From: a virus
Taxonomy: Duplodnaviria > Caudoviricetes
IMG/VR virus record: IMGVR_UViG_3300031673_000017
Location: 12,670 to 76,669 of that record
Reading direction: 5' to 3' (one strand)
Length of the DNA: 64,000 nucleotides
Positions 1-8,925 of the stretch are shown here, one piece after another. The position numbers and the translations under genes were made by a program. Under the pieces are notes generated by a model. The model was not told where the DNA came from, ran no database searches, and worked only from the letters and a program-made list of their open reading frames with translations. Position 1 is the first letter of the stretch; every line of letters starts with the position of its first letter.

Positions 1-136
1 TGAAAGATTTCTCGTTAGACTTTACACCAACATCGACTTCTTTCGCACTGCGTTTAATTTTCTTAGCAGCATCGTCGAATTGTTTAGCTCCATATTGGGC
101 ACGGAGGGCGTTAATGGCAACATCAAGTGAAGGAAT
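1..136 (-). CDS. Tape measure protein, N-terminus (partial; not in ORF track; apparent ATT start)
   Basis: Open frame (I/M)PSLDVAINALRAQYGAKQFDDAAKKIKRSAKEVDVGVKSNEKSF running off the window, directly after the tail chaperones. SD-like AAGGTAGG lies ~8 nt upstream of ATT at 136; in-frame TAG at 146-148. Confidence 0.7.
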   Translation of the reverse strand, partial: MPSLDVAINALRAQYGAKQFDDAAKKIKRSAKEVDVGVKSNEKSF

Positions 137-154
137 TTTAATAACCTACCTTTT

Positions 155-457
155 CTAAATCTTTATATGTTTTTCTCGCATAAATTTAATATATTCTTCA
201 TCCATGATGCGAATAAAGTGGGCAACTTCTTGTCGCCTTTCGACATTAAAAATTCCATTTAAATTTAACCAAGATTCTATTTCAGAAAATAGAATATATC
301 CATAGTTAGTTACACTTCTTAGGCCAGACTTTGTATTTATTACAATAATCTGATTGTTTCTTGATGAAGATAAAGCAGCAAAAGCATCCCAAATAAAAAG
401 TAAATCATTATGTAGTTTTGGCTTTGGATGTTTCCCTTCTTTTCCAACTGCTTTCAA
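155..457 (-). CDS. Tail assembly chaperone, frameshift-extension part (lambda gpT-like)
   Basis: Lies between chaperone and tape measure genes; frame is open upstream to the slippery site at 508-514 (KKLINFLLWNIEWGVWYSKLKAVGKEG). Confidence 0.8.
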   Translation of the reverse strand: MKAVGKEGKHPKPKLHNDLLFIWDAFAALSSSRNNQIIVINTKSGLRSVTNYGYILFSEIESWLNLNGIFNVERRQEVAHFIRIMDEEYIKFMREKHIKI

Positions 458-504
458 CTTACTATACCAGACTCCCCACTCTATATTCCAGAGTAGGAAG
501 TTTA

Positions 505-909
505 TTAGTTTTTTTCCGAGTCTTTAACTAAATCTTTTTTATACTGGTCTGCATTTTCTGATATTGCAACGACGAAAGTATGAAAATCCTTCAACTCTGG
601 ATCTCTAAAAAATTCCATTGCTTTATCAGGAGAATACGGTATGGTTGCACCATTATTATCTTCAATATTTTTCCAATCTAAAAGAACAGTGTGTGCTCGC
701 ACTTCTAAAAGAACATCGGAGAGTTGTTCAATTGTTAGTTTATCGCCTCTTATATCTTTCTTTTTTGGTTCAACAAGATTACGAAGTAGCTCTTGATATT
801 TTGGGTTACGAGCACGAGCAATTTTTAACTTGATTCCTTCTGCGAAATCAACCCAAACTCCGCCTTCTTCTTTCTTAACATCTGTCTTAATACTTTCGAT
901 GTTCGCCAT
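505..909 (-). CDS. Tail assembly chaperone (lambda gpG-like)
   Basis: 134 aa, immediately downstream of tail tube gene; ends in GAA AAA AAC TAA slippery sequence. Confidence 0.8.
   Translation of the reverse strand: MANIESIKTDVKKEEGGVWVDFAEGIKLKIARARNPKYQELLRNLVEPKKKDIRGDKLTIEQLSDVLLEVRAHTVLLDWKNIEDNNGATIPYSPDKAMEFFRDPELKDFHTFVVAISENADQYKKDLVKDSEKN
508..514 (-). promoter_or_regulatory. -1 programmed ribosomal frameshift heptamer A AAA AAC
   Basis: X XXY YYZ heptamer in the zero frame just before the stop; a -1 shift enters the 155..457 frame with no stop. Confidence 0.8.
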
Positions 910-980
910 TTTTAAGTCCTCCTCGAAATTGTTAATAATTAAAGTGTTATACTACTTTATTTTTAATATTCATGTAAGAA

Positions 981-2204
981 TTAAGCTATGCCTGTTAAAC
1001 TACCAGCAAGTATTACTACAGCAGCAATGCTACCTTCAAAATATTCTGAAACTGGGAATCTTGCAATACGAATTGATATTTTTTCAGTTGCATCCATATA
1101 TGCATGGAACTCAAAATCACCAATAACATCAGTATTTATACCACCAGCATTTCTCGTCCCATCGATAATTTTAACAGATGGAAGTTCAATAACATAACCA
1201 TTTCCATCTGCATCCCTCACAGCAAGAACTATCGATGTAACATCCTGGTCTAAATATTTATCGAATAAATCTGCTGTTAATAAATGAAGTGATATTGATC
1301 CAGTTATCTCAACAGTTCCAAACCCCATACTCGCGACGCCGAGAGTTCCAACTTGTAATCTTGTTCTTAAATTATTATTAATGTTCAGCGAAAGACTAAG
1401 AATTGCAACGTCTTCTAAATTCTCTAAAATATCTGTGACATGATTAGCCCCAGTCATTATTACTGAAGTAGTCTCGTCGTCATATCCACTTCCTGCAGAA
1501 GCTGTAAGCGATTCTTCAGCAGAACCCATAAAACCGAAATTTCCTTTTATGATTCCATCTGCTGGAATTTCCAACGACATTGTATTTATACTCATTCCTT
1601 TAAGTAATGATAAAACATTTGATATGTCTTTGAAATCTTTTTCAATATTGTAACTCACAAGAGTTATTCCATTAGTGATTTGTGAACCCATCTTAACTGT
1701 TATTGCACTGCCTGCAGCTTCAGTTACTAAAGTCCCATTCGCTAATACTAATTTAGCTGATGTCTTACTACTTATTTTAAAGAAGCCGTTATTGGCCGTG
1801 GTAGAAAATCCTGATACATAAATCCATTGACCTGTTACAAAACTACCAAAACCACTACTGGAATCATTTAATGAATTATCAGTAGATGATACACTAATAG
1901 TTGAACTGTGTGTTATCCTAACTTCTGTTGACCAGCCAGAATCATCAAGTAGTGCTGCTTTAAGAAAGTCGTCATGTGAACCATAACTCAATTCGAAATC
2001 AATGGCACCACTTGCACTTAATCCTATTCTTGCTACATCAGAAATTTGCCTATCACTGCGAATTTCTTCACTTATCGTTGTAGCCATATCTTGTTTCAAC
2101 GATTCACTATTATATCTAAGAATTTGTAAATTGGAACCTGTTTCTTTAACTCCAAAATCACCTTCTTCAACATAGGCTAATTGTACTCTGTTAGCATCAG
2201 ACAT
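981..2204 (-). CDS. Major tail tube protein
   Basis: N-terminus MSDANRVQLAYVEE...LRYNSESL...SEEIRSDRQ typical of siphovirus tail tube proteins; position between terminator and chaperones. Confidence 0.8.
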   Translation of the reverse strand: MSDANRVQLAYVEEGDFGVKETGSNLQILRYNSESLKQDMATTISEEIRSDRQISDVARIGLSASGAIDFELSYGSHDDFLKAALLDDSGWSTEVRITHSSTISVSSTDNSLNDSSSGFGSFVTGQWIYVSGFSTTANNGFFKISSKTSAKLVLANGTLVTEAAGSAITVKMGSQITNGITLVSYNIEKDFKDISNVLSLLKGMSINTMSLEIPADGIIKGNFGFMGSAEESLTASAGSGYDDETTSVIMTGANHVTDILENLEDVAILSLSLNINNNLRTRLQVGTLGVASMGFGTVEITGSISLHLLTADLFDKYLDQDVTSIVLAVRDADGNGYVIELPSVKIIDGTRNAGGINTDVIGDFEFHAYMDATEKISIRIARFPVSEYFEGSIAAVVILAGSLTGIA

Positions 2205-2262
2205 TTTTACGCTCCTTTTTTATTTTTTATTTGTGTTATTATTGTTTTTATTTTATTGGCTA

Positions 2263-2799
2263 TTAATTATTCCATAAATAACCAGTAACAGAATAAAGTT
2301 CAGAATCTGAGGAACCTTTTAATTCTGGTTGTGTGTCAAAAACACAAGTATTAGCTGTTGCAACAACACAGCTGCCGCCTAATCGCACTGTGTTCAATCT
2401 GATACAGGATATATCAGAAGCTTCTGTAATAGAACTAATTAAGTTCTGTTGCGAATCAAGATTACCATTAGCTATTCCAGAAACTGTTGTTATAGAACTA
2501 ACTATTTCAGATAGGAGATCAAACCCACCAGAAACATCTGCTATTATAGCAGCTAATCCATTTAGTTCAGCTTCAAGTTCTAAAGCACCTGCTGAGTTTG
2601 CTGCTTCTGCTACTGAACTTATTAACGCTGTTGTCTCTCCGAGTATGCCTAAAAGTCCAGCAACACCCGCACTGTTAACAGCGGAAGCACCACCAAAATT
2701 AATGTAATTAGAATATGTACTTAGCCTATAAATTGCATTTTCAACTTTTCTAATCGCGTCCACGATCATTTTAGCTATTTCGTTACGTTGGTCACCCAT
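2263..2799 (-). CDS. Putative virion protein with ~20-aa Ser/Ala-rich repeats
   Basis: Repeats such as LISSVAEAANSAGALELEAE; LDSQQNLISS is shared with 3665..5059. Confidence 0.5.
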   Translation of the reverse strand: MGDQRNEIAKMIVDAIRKVENAIYRLSTYSNYINFGGASAVNSAGVAGLLGILGETTALISSVAEAANSAGALELEAELNGLAAIIADVSGGFDLLSEIVSSITTVSGIANGNLDSQQNLISSITEASDISCIRLNTVRLGGSCVVATANTCVFDTQPELKGSSDSELYSVTGYLWNN

Positions 2800-2856
2800 T
2801 TTACGTCGCCTTTCTTATTTTTTGGTTTGTTTAATTTTTAAATTATTTCTTAAACT

Positions 2857-3252
2857 TTATTCATCATAATGAAATGGACATGTTACTGTCACTTGATAAT
2901 TATCATCCACTCTTCCATTTTTAGCGATTCTCGGAACATTAAAAATAACTGAGTTATCAACATCTATTGACCTAAATGCAGTTGCTATTCTATCAGCAGC
3001 TACAAGAAGATTACTCATTCCTAATCCTACTTCTTGTTTAATTCTTACAGTTAAATTTCCGATATTACGATAGGAGTTTATACCTATTTCTTTTTGTTGT
3101 GAATCTCCAAAATCAATTAATACCTCACACCAAAGCCCAGATGTTGGGGTAGCACGTGGATCGTCGTCATAACGGACAACATATCCATAGACTACAGCAA
3201 CAGCAGCAGCAAAATATGTATTAATAGAATTAGCTAAACTTTGAAAACCCAT
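2857..3252 (-). CDS. Tail terminator protein
   Basis: 131 aa with G.L.VRIKQEVG.G...AD.IA..F pattern; synteny upstream of tail tube. Confidence 0.65.
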   Translation of the reverse strand: MGFQSLANSINTYFAAAVAVVYGYVVRYDDDPRATPTSGLWCEVLIDFGDSQQKEIGINSYRNIGNLTVRIKQEVGLGMSNLLVAADRIATAFRSIDVDNSVIFNVPRIAKNGRVDDNYQVTVTCPFHYDE

Positions 3253-3659
3253 TATTTAATTCCTGATAGCCACGCTGCCATCTCTGTTAAAGTTATTTCT
3301 AAAAATCCTTCTGGATGCTGAGGACTTCTGCGAACATATTCTAAATATTCGATATATTCCAAATTATTGGTAATATGTACTAACGAAAATGGAGGTATTG
3401 TTGCTAATTTTGAAGCTCCACTATTGATAGCAAAATCAGCCATCGCACCTTCAGTACCTTCTACGATAAGAGATGAGTTTGCTGCTCTACCAATTTCAAC
3501 TTGCCAGTTACCTCTTGCACGTCCTGTATCGACCGGAGTTCTAAGAACTATTCTTTTTAATACTTCAAGACATACCTGCTTATAAAATTTATTCATGTCT
3601 CCATGAATTCTTTTGGATGCAACATCAAGTGCGACGTTAAAATTTATTAAGTTTGACAT
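3252..3659 (-). CDS. HK97 gp10-like neck/tail-completion protein
   Basis: TPVDTGRARGNW and NNLEYIEYLEY motifs. Confidence 0.8.
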   Translation of the reverse strand: MSNLINFNVALDVASKRIHGDMNKFYKQVCLEVLKRIVLRTPVDTGRARGNWQVEIGRAANSSLIVEGTEGAMADFAINSGASKLATIPPFSLVHITNNLEYIEYLEYVRRSPQHPEGFLEITLTEMAAWLSGIK

Positions 3660-3664
3660 TAGTT

Positions 3665-5059
3665 TTAGTCACCTGCTTCTACCTCAATAGTATAAAGTAA
3701 AATTCCGGTTGAATCTTTTATTTCAGTAATTCCAGTTACAGTCCATACTTTTGATGCTGAACCGATTATTAATTTCAATCCGACTTTGACATCAAAACGC
3801 AAATTATAATTAACGATTCCTGATAGCCCATTACCCGATGTTATTAATTCTGCTGGCTTGTAACCTTCTCGATTTTTGTATATTGGAATTATTTTTACTG
3901 GAAAATCAACAACATGACTTAAAGTAGTTTTATTAGTGCTTGGGTTAAAAGTAGCATCGGGATACGTTCGAACAATTGCGTCAATTCCTTTTCTCTGCAA
4001 CATATCATACCATTTTTTAGCTGTTGTATTTTGGCGAAGATGATATAAAATATCTAAGTTGCCAGACGCACTACTTAAAACTACCGACGAGCTTATTAAA
4101 TTTTGCTGTGCATCAAGAAATCCTATGACACCAACAACTTCTGTAATATAACTTATTAAATTAGTTAAAACATCGAGAAAACTTAAAGATGCAGCGACAC
4201 TTGGAATCTCAACGACATTGCTTCCAATGCCTGGTTGAGAATCAAGAGAGCTTACTGCCACTGATATTTCTGCTATAGAACTTACTAATTCTGAATCCAG
4301 TTCTAAATAACCAACAGTGCTTGCAACTTCTGAAATATTGCTGACCAATGTAAGCCATAAACTAAGAGAACCAGAAGTACCAGAGTTTACAGTTGCTTCT
4401 GAACGGACTAATGTAAACAAAAAATTAAATTCGCCTGTAACACCTGAAATTATATCTGTTGATCCACGAAGTACAACAGTAGTTGCTAACGTAAACATAG
4501 CCCCTGATATATAAGAATCTTCTGTTATTATACTTGCTAAGTATTTTTCATTTCTTAATGTCCCAGAAGTATTAGAAACAATTATTACTTCGCTTGCCAC
4601 TGGAACAATTAAAGAGCCGTAAGCGTCAAAAATTGTAAATGCTGAACCAGATCTACCCCATATTATGCCTTGAAGATCCTCTGTTTGATTTATAACTACT
4701 CTTATAAATCTGCCTGTTTTTGTCGTTGCCAATTCTTCTACGAAAATTTCAGTATCTTGCCAAGATGATATGCCTGTTGCAACAGCAGATCCCCAATTAC
4801 CATTCGTTTCAGAAACATAAATATCCACATCAATAGGATCAAAATCGCCAAAATAAGAACGTCCTTTGAATTTTGTTAGATTATAGAATTTACCATCGTT
4901 CTCACCAAGATCAACTACGAAAAAATGTATGCCACCATCATGGTCTGCATCGTGTTGCCAAACATCTGTTCCACCAAGAGCTTCTGAAAGCGTTCGCATA
5001 TCATCAGAACCACAACTGCTCTCATAATTTGAACTATTTATTCCTAACCAGTCTGACAT
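3665..5059 (-). CDS. Head-closure-like protein fused to an N-terminal beta-sandwich (F5/8-like) domain and 20-aa repeats
   Basis: C-terminal ~115 aa (MLQRKG...YPDATFNPSTNK...WTVTGITEIK...LLYTIEV) resembles head-closure proteins and sits in that syntenic slot; N-terminus has VVDLG...DIYVSE...GRFIRVVI. Confidence 0.5.
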   Translation of the reverse strand: MSDWLGINSSNYESSCGSDDMRTLSEALGGTDVWQHDADHDGGIHFFVVDLGENDGKFYNLTKFKGRSYFGDFDPIDVDIYVSETNGNWGSAVATGISSWQDTEIFVEELATTKTGRFIRVVINQTEDLQGIIWGRSGSAFTIFDAYGSLIVPVASEVIIVSNTSGTLRNEKYLASIITEDSYISGAMFTLATTVVLRGSTDIISGVTGEFNFLFTLVRSEATVNSGTSGSLSLWLTLVSNISEVASTVGYLELDSELVSSIAEISVAVSSLDSQPGIGSNVVEIPSVAASLSFLDVLTNLISYITEVVGVIGFLDAQQNLISSSVVLSSASGNLDILYHLRQNTTAKKWYDMLQRKGIDAIVRTYPDATFNPSTNKTTLSHVVDFPVKIIPIYKNREGYKPAELITSGNGLSGIVNYNLRFDVKVGLKLIIGSASKVWTVTGITEIKDSTGILLYTIEVEAGD

Positions 5060-5274
5060 TAGTTAACCTTAAAGAATAAAATTAATAATGCGATGCCTAA
5101 ATTAAACATTCCGGTTGCCCCTGCTGCTACGCAGACCAATGTTATTGCCCAATGATGTCGTAAATGATTGGTTTGATTAATAATCACAGTTCGCAATTTT
5201 TCTATAATTATAATGGACCGTTCCTCTTCTGTGAGATTTTTTAAGTCTTGATATTCTGGCAATGTATTTTCCAT
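5059..5274 (-). CDS. Small single-TM membrane protein (holin-like, unconfirmed)
   Basis: MENTLPE...NHLRHHW followed by a hydrophobic C-terminal helix; ATG at 5274 preferred over the track start at 5316. Confidence 0.4.
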   Translation of the reverse strand: MENTLPEYQDLKNLTEEERSIIIIEKLRTVIINQTNHLRHHWAITLVCVAAGATGMFNLGIALLILFFKVN

Positions 5275-5275
5275 A

Positions 5276-5806
5276 TTAACCTCTTTCCAATTCAGTTGAA
5301 CTAAACGAAGAGCCATTTATTATCCACCATGCAATTAGTTTCTCTGCAATGGTATATGTTTTTTCTGGGTTTTCTCCACTAACATATTCCCGTTCTTCTG
5401 TAATTGGGCCTATTACGTCTTTAGTCCTTTTTACTTTAGAATCATTTTGAAAATCTTCCAACAAAGTATCTCCTTCGATAACTTTTACAGCAAGATATGC
5501 ACATGCTTGTTTTAGCTTTTCAGGTATTGTATCTTCACTTATGTAATTATCATCTTCATCATACATCTCATAGCGTGGCCATTGAAGTCCTTGGTCTGCA
5601 TCATATTTCCATCCGTCCCATGTATAATTAAGATCTAAATATCGAGTCGCTTGTCGAATAGCGTTCTCTTTTTCTGCTTGCGTTGCTGCTGTCCAATTTG
5701 CAGAATTACCGTAGTCTTCTGTTATTTGGTCTGCTTCAGAAACTTCAAGATAAGCATTTGAATCTGAATACGCTCCACCATCTTCTACTACGAATGTTGC
5801 TGTCAT
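5276..5806 (-). CDS. Head-tail adaptor (DnaT-like phage family)
   Basis: FVVEDG...SNAY..VSEAD...AIRQATRYLD...G...DQGLQWPR...IPEKLKQA motif set. Confidence 0.8.
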   Translation of the reverse strand: MTATFVVEDGGAYSDSNAYLEVSEADQITEDYGNSANWTAATQAEKENAIRQATRYLDLNYTWDGWKYDADQGLQWPRYEMYDEDDNYISEDTIPEKLKQACAYLAVKVIEGDTLLEDFQNDSKVKRTKDVIGPITEEREYVSGENPEKTYTIAEKLIAWWIINGSSFSSTELERG

Positions 5807-5899
5807 TTTATCCTCGTATTATATGGTTATAATTCCAGTGGACCGACTACCGCCGCCCACTAAATCTAATAAATAGATATTTTTAATAATTTATTTTAT

Positions 5900-6130
5900 T
5901 TACTCTGTTTGCTCTGCTTCAATTTCTTCAGCACTAAGTTGTTCTGCTGTTTCAATTTCGCCTTCAGTTTTTTCTTCGTCTGTTTTTGTGTCTTCAGTTT
6001 TTGTGTCGTCATTGGATTTTAAATCAACAATATCCCAACCTCGTTTGCAATAAAAATCTAATGCATTTCTCTTTGGAACTTTCAATTCTCTTTTATCCGC
6101 TTTATTTCTTATAGTAACTGCGTGTAACAT
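5900..6130 (-). CDS. Small acidic protein downstream of capsid gene
   Basis: ATG with GAAAGGA SD upstream; E/T-rich tail. Confidence 0.5.
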   Translation of the reverse strand: MLHAVTIRNKADKRELKVPKRNALDFYCKRGWDIVDLKSNDDTKTEDTKTDEEKTEGEIETAEQLSAEEIEAEQTE

Positions 6131-6161
6131 TTTTATCCTTTCAAAAATTATAATTACAACC

Positions 6162-6196
6162 AAAAAAAGTTAGTGGAAGCCTTAACCTCCACTAAC
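6162..6196 (-). terminator. Rho-independent terminator after major capsid gene
   Basis: GTTAGTGGA-(10 nt loop)-TCCACTAAC followed by T7 on the minus strand. Confidence 0.75.
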
Positions 6197-6256
6197 CTCT
6201 GAGGAGGACTACTACCTGGCGGCGATGCCCGGATTAAAACTAAATTAAATCAGATG

Positions 6257-7510
6257 TTACGGTGCACCAACGATTCGCATCGCAAGTTCTGGACGTACGA
6301 GGTCAGCACCATAAAGAATGTCGAATTCCCAGACTGTTTGTTTATGTTGTCTGGAAACTTCTAATCTAAGGATTAGCCCCGTGACTGGATCTTGCATTGT
6401 AAGCATCTGATTTCCCAATGCATACTGAGAAGAGTTAGCGAGCAATGGACGAGTCGCGAATGCAAACGCATCACGATGGAAAACCATATTAACCGCATGG
6501 CTATTAGCGATGGTTATGGTGTCACCTGCAGCACAAGTATGTTTCAACGCTGGCTGAAAATCAACTGGAACGCCTGCACCAGTATTTGTTAAAGTAACAG
6601 CGGCTGCTTCAGTAACAACATACGTCTGATCATCTGGAACTAATGTATTGGCAATTTGAAAAATATCGCCTGGAACGATTGTTTTGGAATCGTTATCTGC
6701 ATCAATCATACCAATGGTTGTAGCACCTAAAGCACAAGCACCACTTCCAACTGTGAGTTTAGAACGAGTTGCATCAAAAGCCGTTCCACATGTATGGTCT
6801 GGAACATGATCGTCTGCCACCCAGTCAATGCCATACTTTCTACCAATTTCACCTTCGATTTTTACAGCAGCAGACATAATTTTTTCTGCGTCACTGAATT
6901 GTGAAAGGTCAAGAGCATTAGCTTCAGCGTCAAAATTCAAAACACCTCTGCGATCAGTTCTCGGACAAAGTTGAATATTCAAAATTTTCTTTGCCCCTGT
7001 CGCAGCACTTACACCAGATGTCGGAGTTGTTCCAGTAGGTGCAAAAGGATCTACAAAAGCATCAACATTATTAGTGTTGCTGGAAAGAAATCCGTAGATG
7101 CCACGAGAAGTACCTTTATACTTGCTAAAAATAAATTGGTTTACTTCGTTCGCTAAAGCTTTTACAGCTTCATTCATTTGCATCGGAAGAAAATTCTCAT
7201 TAGCGTCGATTTCGCACAATTCACGATCTGTTAAACCGATGGGGTCATTTTGACGCCACTGGTCTAACGGAATCTGAACTTGTGTCGGCGTACACGAAAC
7301 AGGAGTATCACCAGCCGGCTGAGCAAGAACTTCTTTAGTTGCTACAGCTACTGGAACAGGAACATCGATTGTCGTTCCTTTTTTCGCGGCTTCGACACTG
7401 TAATCACTATTTACAAGCCTCGGCATGAAACAACGTTCTCGTAACGTCATTAATGCACGTGCCAAAATTATTGGCATTATATTACTTAATGAATTAATTT
7501 GAGTTGTCAT
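6257..7510 (-). CDS. Major capsid protein (P22 coat-like, HK97 fold)
   Basis: 417 aa after scaffold; KKGTTIDVPVP, FHRDAFAFATRPL, DILYGADLVRPELA motifs. Confidence 0.85.
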   Translation of the reverse strand: MTTQINSLSNIMPIILARALMTLRERCFMPRLVNSDYSVEAAKKGTTIDVPVPVAVATKEVLAQPAGDTPVSCTPTQVQIPLDQWRQNDPIGLTDRELCEIDANENFLPMQMNEAVKALANEVNQFIFSKYKGTSRGIYGFLSSNTNNVDAFVDPFAPTGTTPTSGVSAATGAKKILNIQLCPRTDRRGVLNFDAEANALDLSQFSDAEKIMSAAVKIEGEIGRKYGIDWVADDHVPDHTCGTAFDATRSKLTVGSGACALGATTIGMIDADNDSKTIVPGDIFQIANTLVPDDQTYVVTEAAAVTLTNTGAGVPVDFQPALKHTCAAGDTITIANSHAVNMVFHRDAFAFATRPLLANSSQYALGNQMLTMQDPVTGLILRLEVSRQHKQTVWEFDILYGADLVRPELAMRIVGAP

Positions 7511-7548
7511 AAATTTCTACCTCTAATTTAAAAACGCTTTAGTTAAGA

Positions 7549-7624
7549 GGCTGAACATCCCGTTCACCCGCAGAATCCCTCTGCTACATCAAATCTAAAC
7601 AATCTTTTATAGAATCCCTCTATA
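7549..7624 (-). promoter_or_regulatory. Three hairpins with identical GGGAU loops in the capsid-gene leader
   Basis: Minus strand: TATAGA-GGGAT-TCTATA, GCAGA-GGGAT-TCTGC, TGAAC-GGGAT-GTTCA. Confidence 0.6.
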
Positions 7625-7659
7625 TAAATATTGCCAATTAAACAGATGTATGTTTAATC

Positions 7660-8532
7660 TTATGCTTCCATATTAACCTTTGTTTTACCAGAAGCAATGT
7701 CCGCAAGATTTGCAGACATTCCTTTTGTATCTGACGCATTTACAACTTTACTATCTGTTTTCTTATGCGTCGTGTTACTGGTAGAATCAGTTTTTCCAGT
7801 TCCTGTAGAATTAGCACCAGAGAAGCAACCAGCGAAAGTATCTTGGCCTTTCATCTCTTGTACTAATTGCTCAATAGTCATATCATTTCCAGAATTATCA
7901 CCGATTCTTGGCGTTCCATCCGCTTTTTGAACCTCTGGCTTCCACTTCCCATGTGAATCTTTTACCATTACGACTTGATTTCTAACATGGGGCATTAAAA
8001 CATTAACATTCCCGCCTTCTTTTGAAACAGCTTCAATTATTTTAGAAGTTACGACTGCTTCTTGAAGCTGGCTTTGGGAGTCTGTTAATTCACTTTCTAA
8101 ACCAGTTATTTTAGTTGTATTTTGTTTTACAACTTCATCTAACTTGGCTTGCATTTTCTGTTCTACTCGCCTCTCAGCTTCCTGAACTGCTTCCTTAACT
8201 TTTGTCTCACCATTCCAATTCTTTATTTCATCAATTTTATCCAATGCAGACTTAGCAGCTTCTGCATCGATACCTTCATATTTCTTAAGAAATTCTTGGT
8301 GGCTTGTCTGAGCATTTTTAAATGCATCCTCTGATTTTTTAACTTCAGCCTGTAACGCTTTCTCACTCACTCGCAATTTCTCAACAGTACTTTTCAAACC
8401 AGATACATCTTCTAAACCTAAACCATCAACTTTTGTTACATCGAGAACAAATTTGCCGCCCTCTTCTGTATAATGTTCCTTAACTTTTTCATCTAATCCA
8501 TCTAAACTTGTTCTAATCGCTTTAAGTGCCAT
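7660..8532 (-). CDS. Capsid scaffolding protein
   Basis: Coiled-coil 290 aa; LDGLDE...Y...GKFVLDV...GLKSTVEK N-terminus; immediately upstream of capsid gene. Confidence 0.75.
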   Translation of the reverse strand: MALKAIRTSLDGLDEKVKEHYTEEGGKFVLDVTKVDGLGLEDVSGLKSTVEKLRVSEKALQAEVKKSEDAFKNAQTSHQEFLKKYEGIDAEAAKSALDKIDEIKNWNGETKVKEAVQEAERRVEQKMQAKLDEVVKQNTTKITGLESELTDSQSQLQEAVVTSKIIEAVSKEGGNVNVLMPHVRNQVVMVKDSHGKWKPEVQKADGTPRIGDNSGNDMTIEQLVQEMKGQDTFAGCFSGANSTGTGKTDSTSNTTHKKTDSKVVNASDTKGMSANLADIASGKTKVNMEA

Positions 8533-8569
8533 TTAGTTCTCCTCTAATTAAATTAATAAATTATTTTAT

Positions 8570-8701
8570 TTACTCAGTTACTTCTATAACTGTGACTTCA
8601 CTTTCATCTCCAACGAATTCAAATTCATCTGAAGTTCCAACAAAACGTTGGCCTGCTTGTTCTTGTTCTTGCATTTCTTCTTTTGTTAATTCTTTAGCCA
8701 T
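8570..8701 (-). CDS. 43-aa acidic peptide (below ORF-track cutoff)
   Basis: MAKELTKEEMQEQEQAGQRFVGTSDEFEFVGDESEVTVIEVTE; TAATG overlap with upstream ORF. Confidence 0.55.
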   Translation of the reverse strand: MAKELTKEEMQEQEQAGQRFVGTSDEFEFVGDESEVTVIEVTE

Positions 8702-8925
8702 TATAAAATCCTATCGAATAATATTCCATTATCGCCTTTGAAATGACGGGTATGGTCAAATCCGCCGATAATGATCTTCTCAGGAATTCCATCTTTGAAT
8801 GCTTTACATGTCGTCATATTATTATTTAGATTTTTACATGCTAAGCACTGGATGGACATATCGATTTGTGCGTCTCCAATTATCCCGTCGCCATATGCTG
8901 GAACTATTACTTGTTCTGTTCTCAT
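8701..8925 (-). CDS. Small Cys/His protein; candidate immunity partner of MuF toxin
   Basis: CLAC...CKAFKDGIP...DHTRHFKGDNGILFD; ATGA overlap with MuF stop. Confidence 0.6.
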   Translation of the reverse strand: MRTEQVIVPAYGDGIIGDAQIDMSIQCLACKNLNNNMTTCKAFKDGIPEKIIIGGFDHTRHFKGDNGILFDRIL

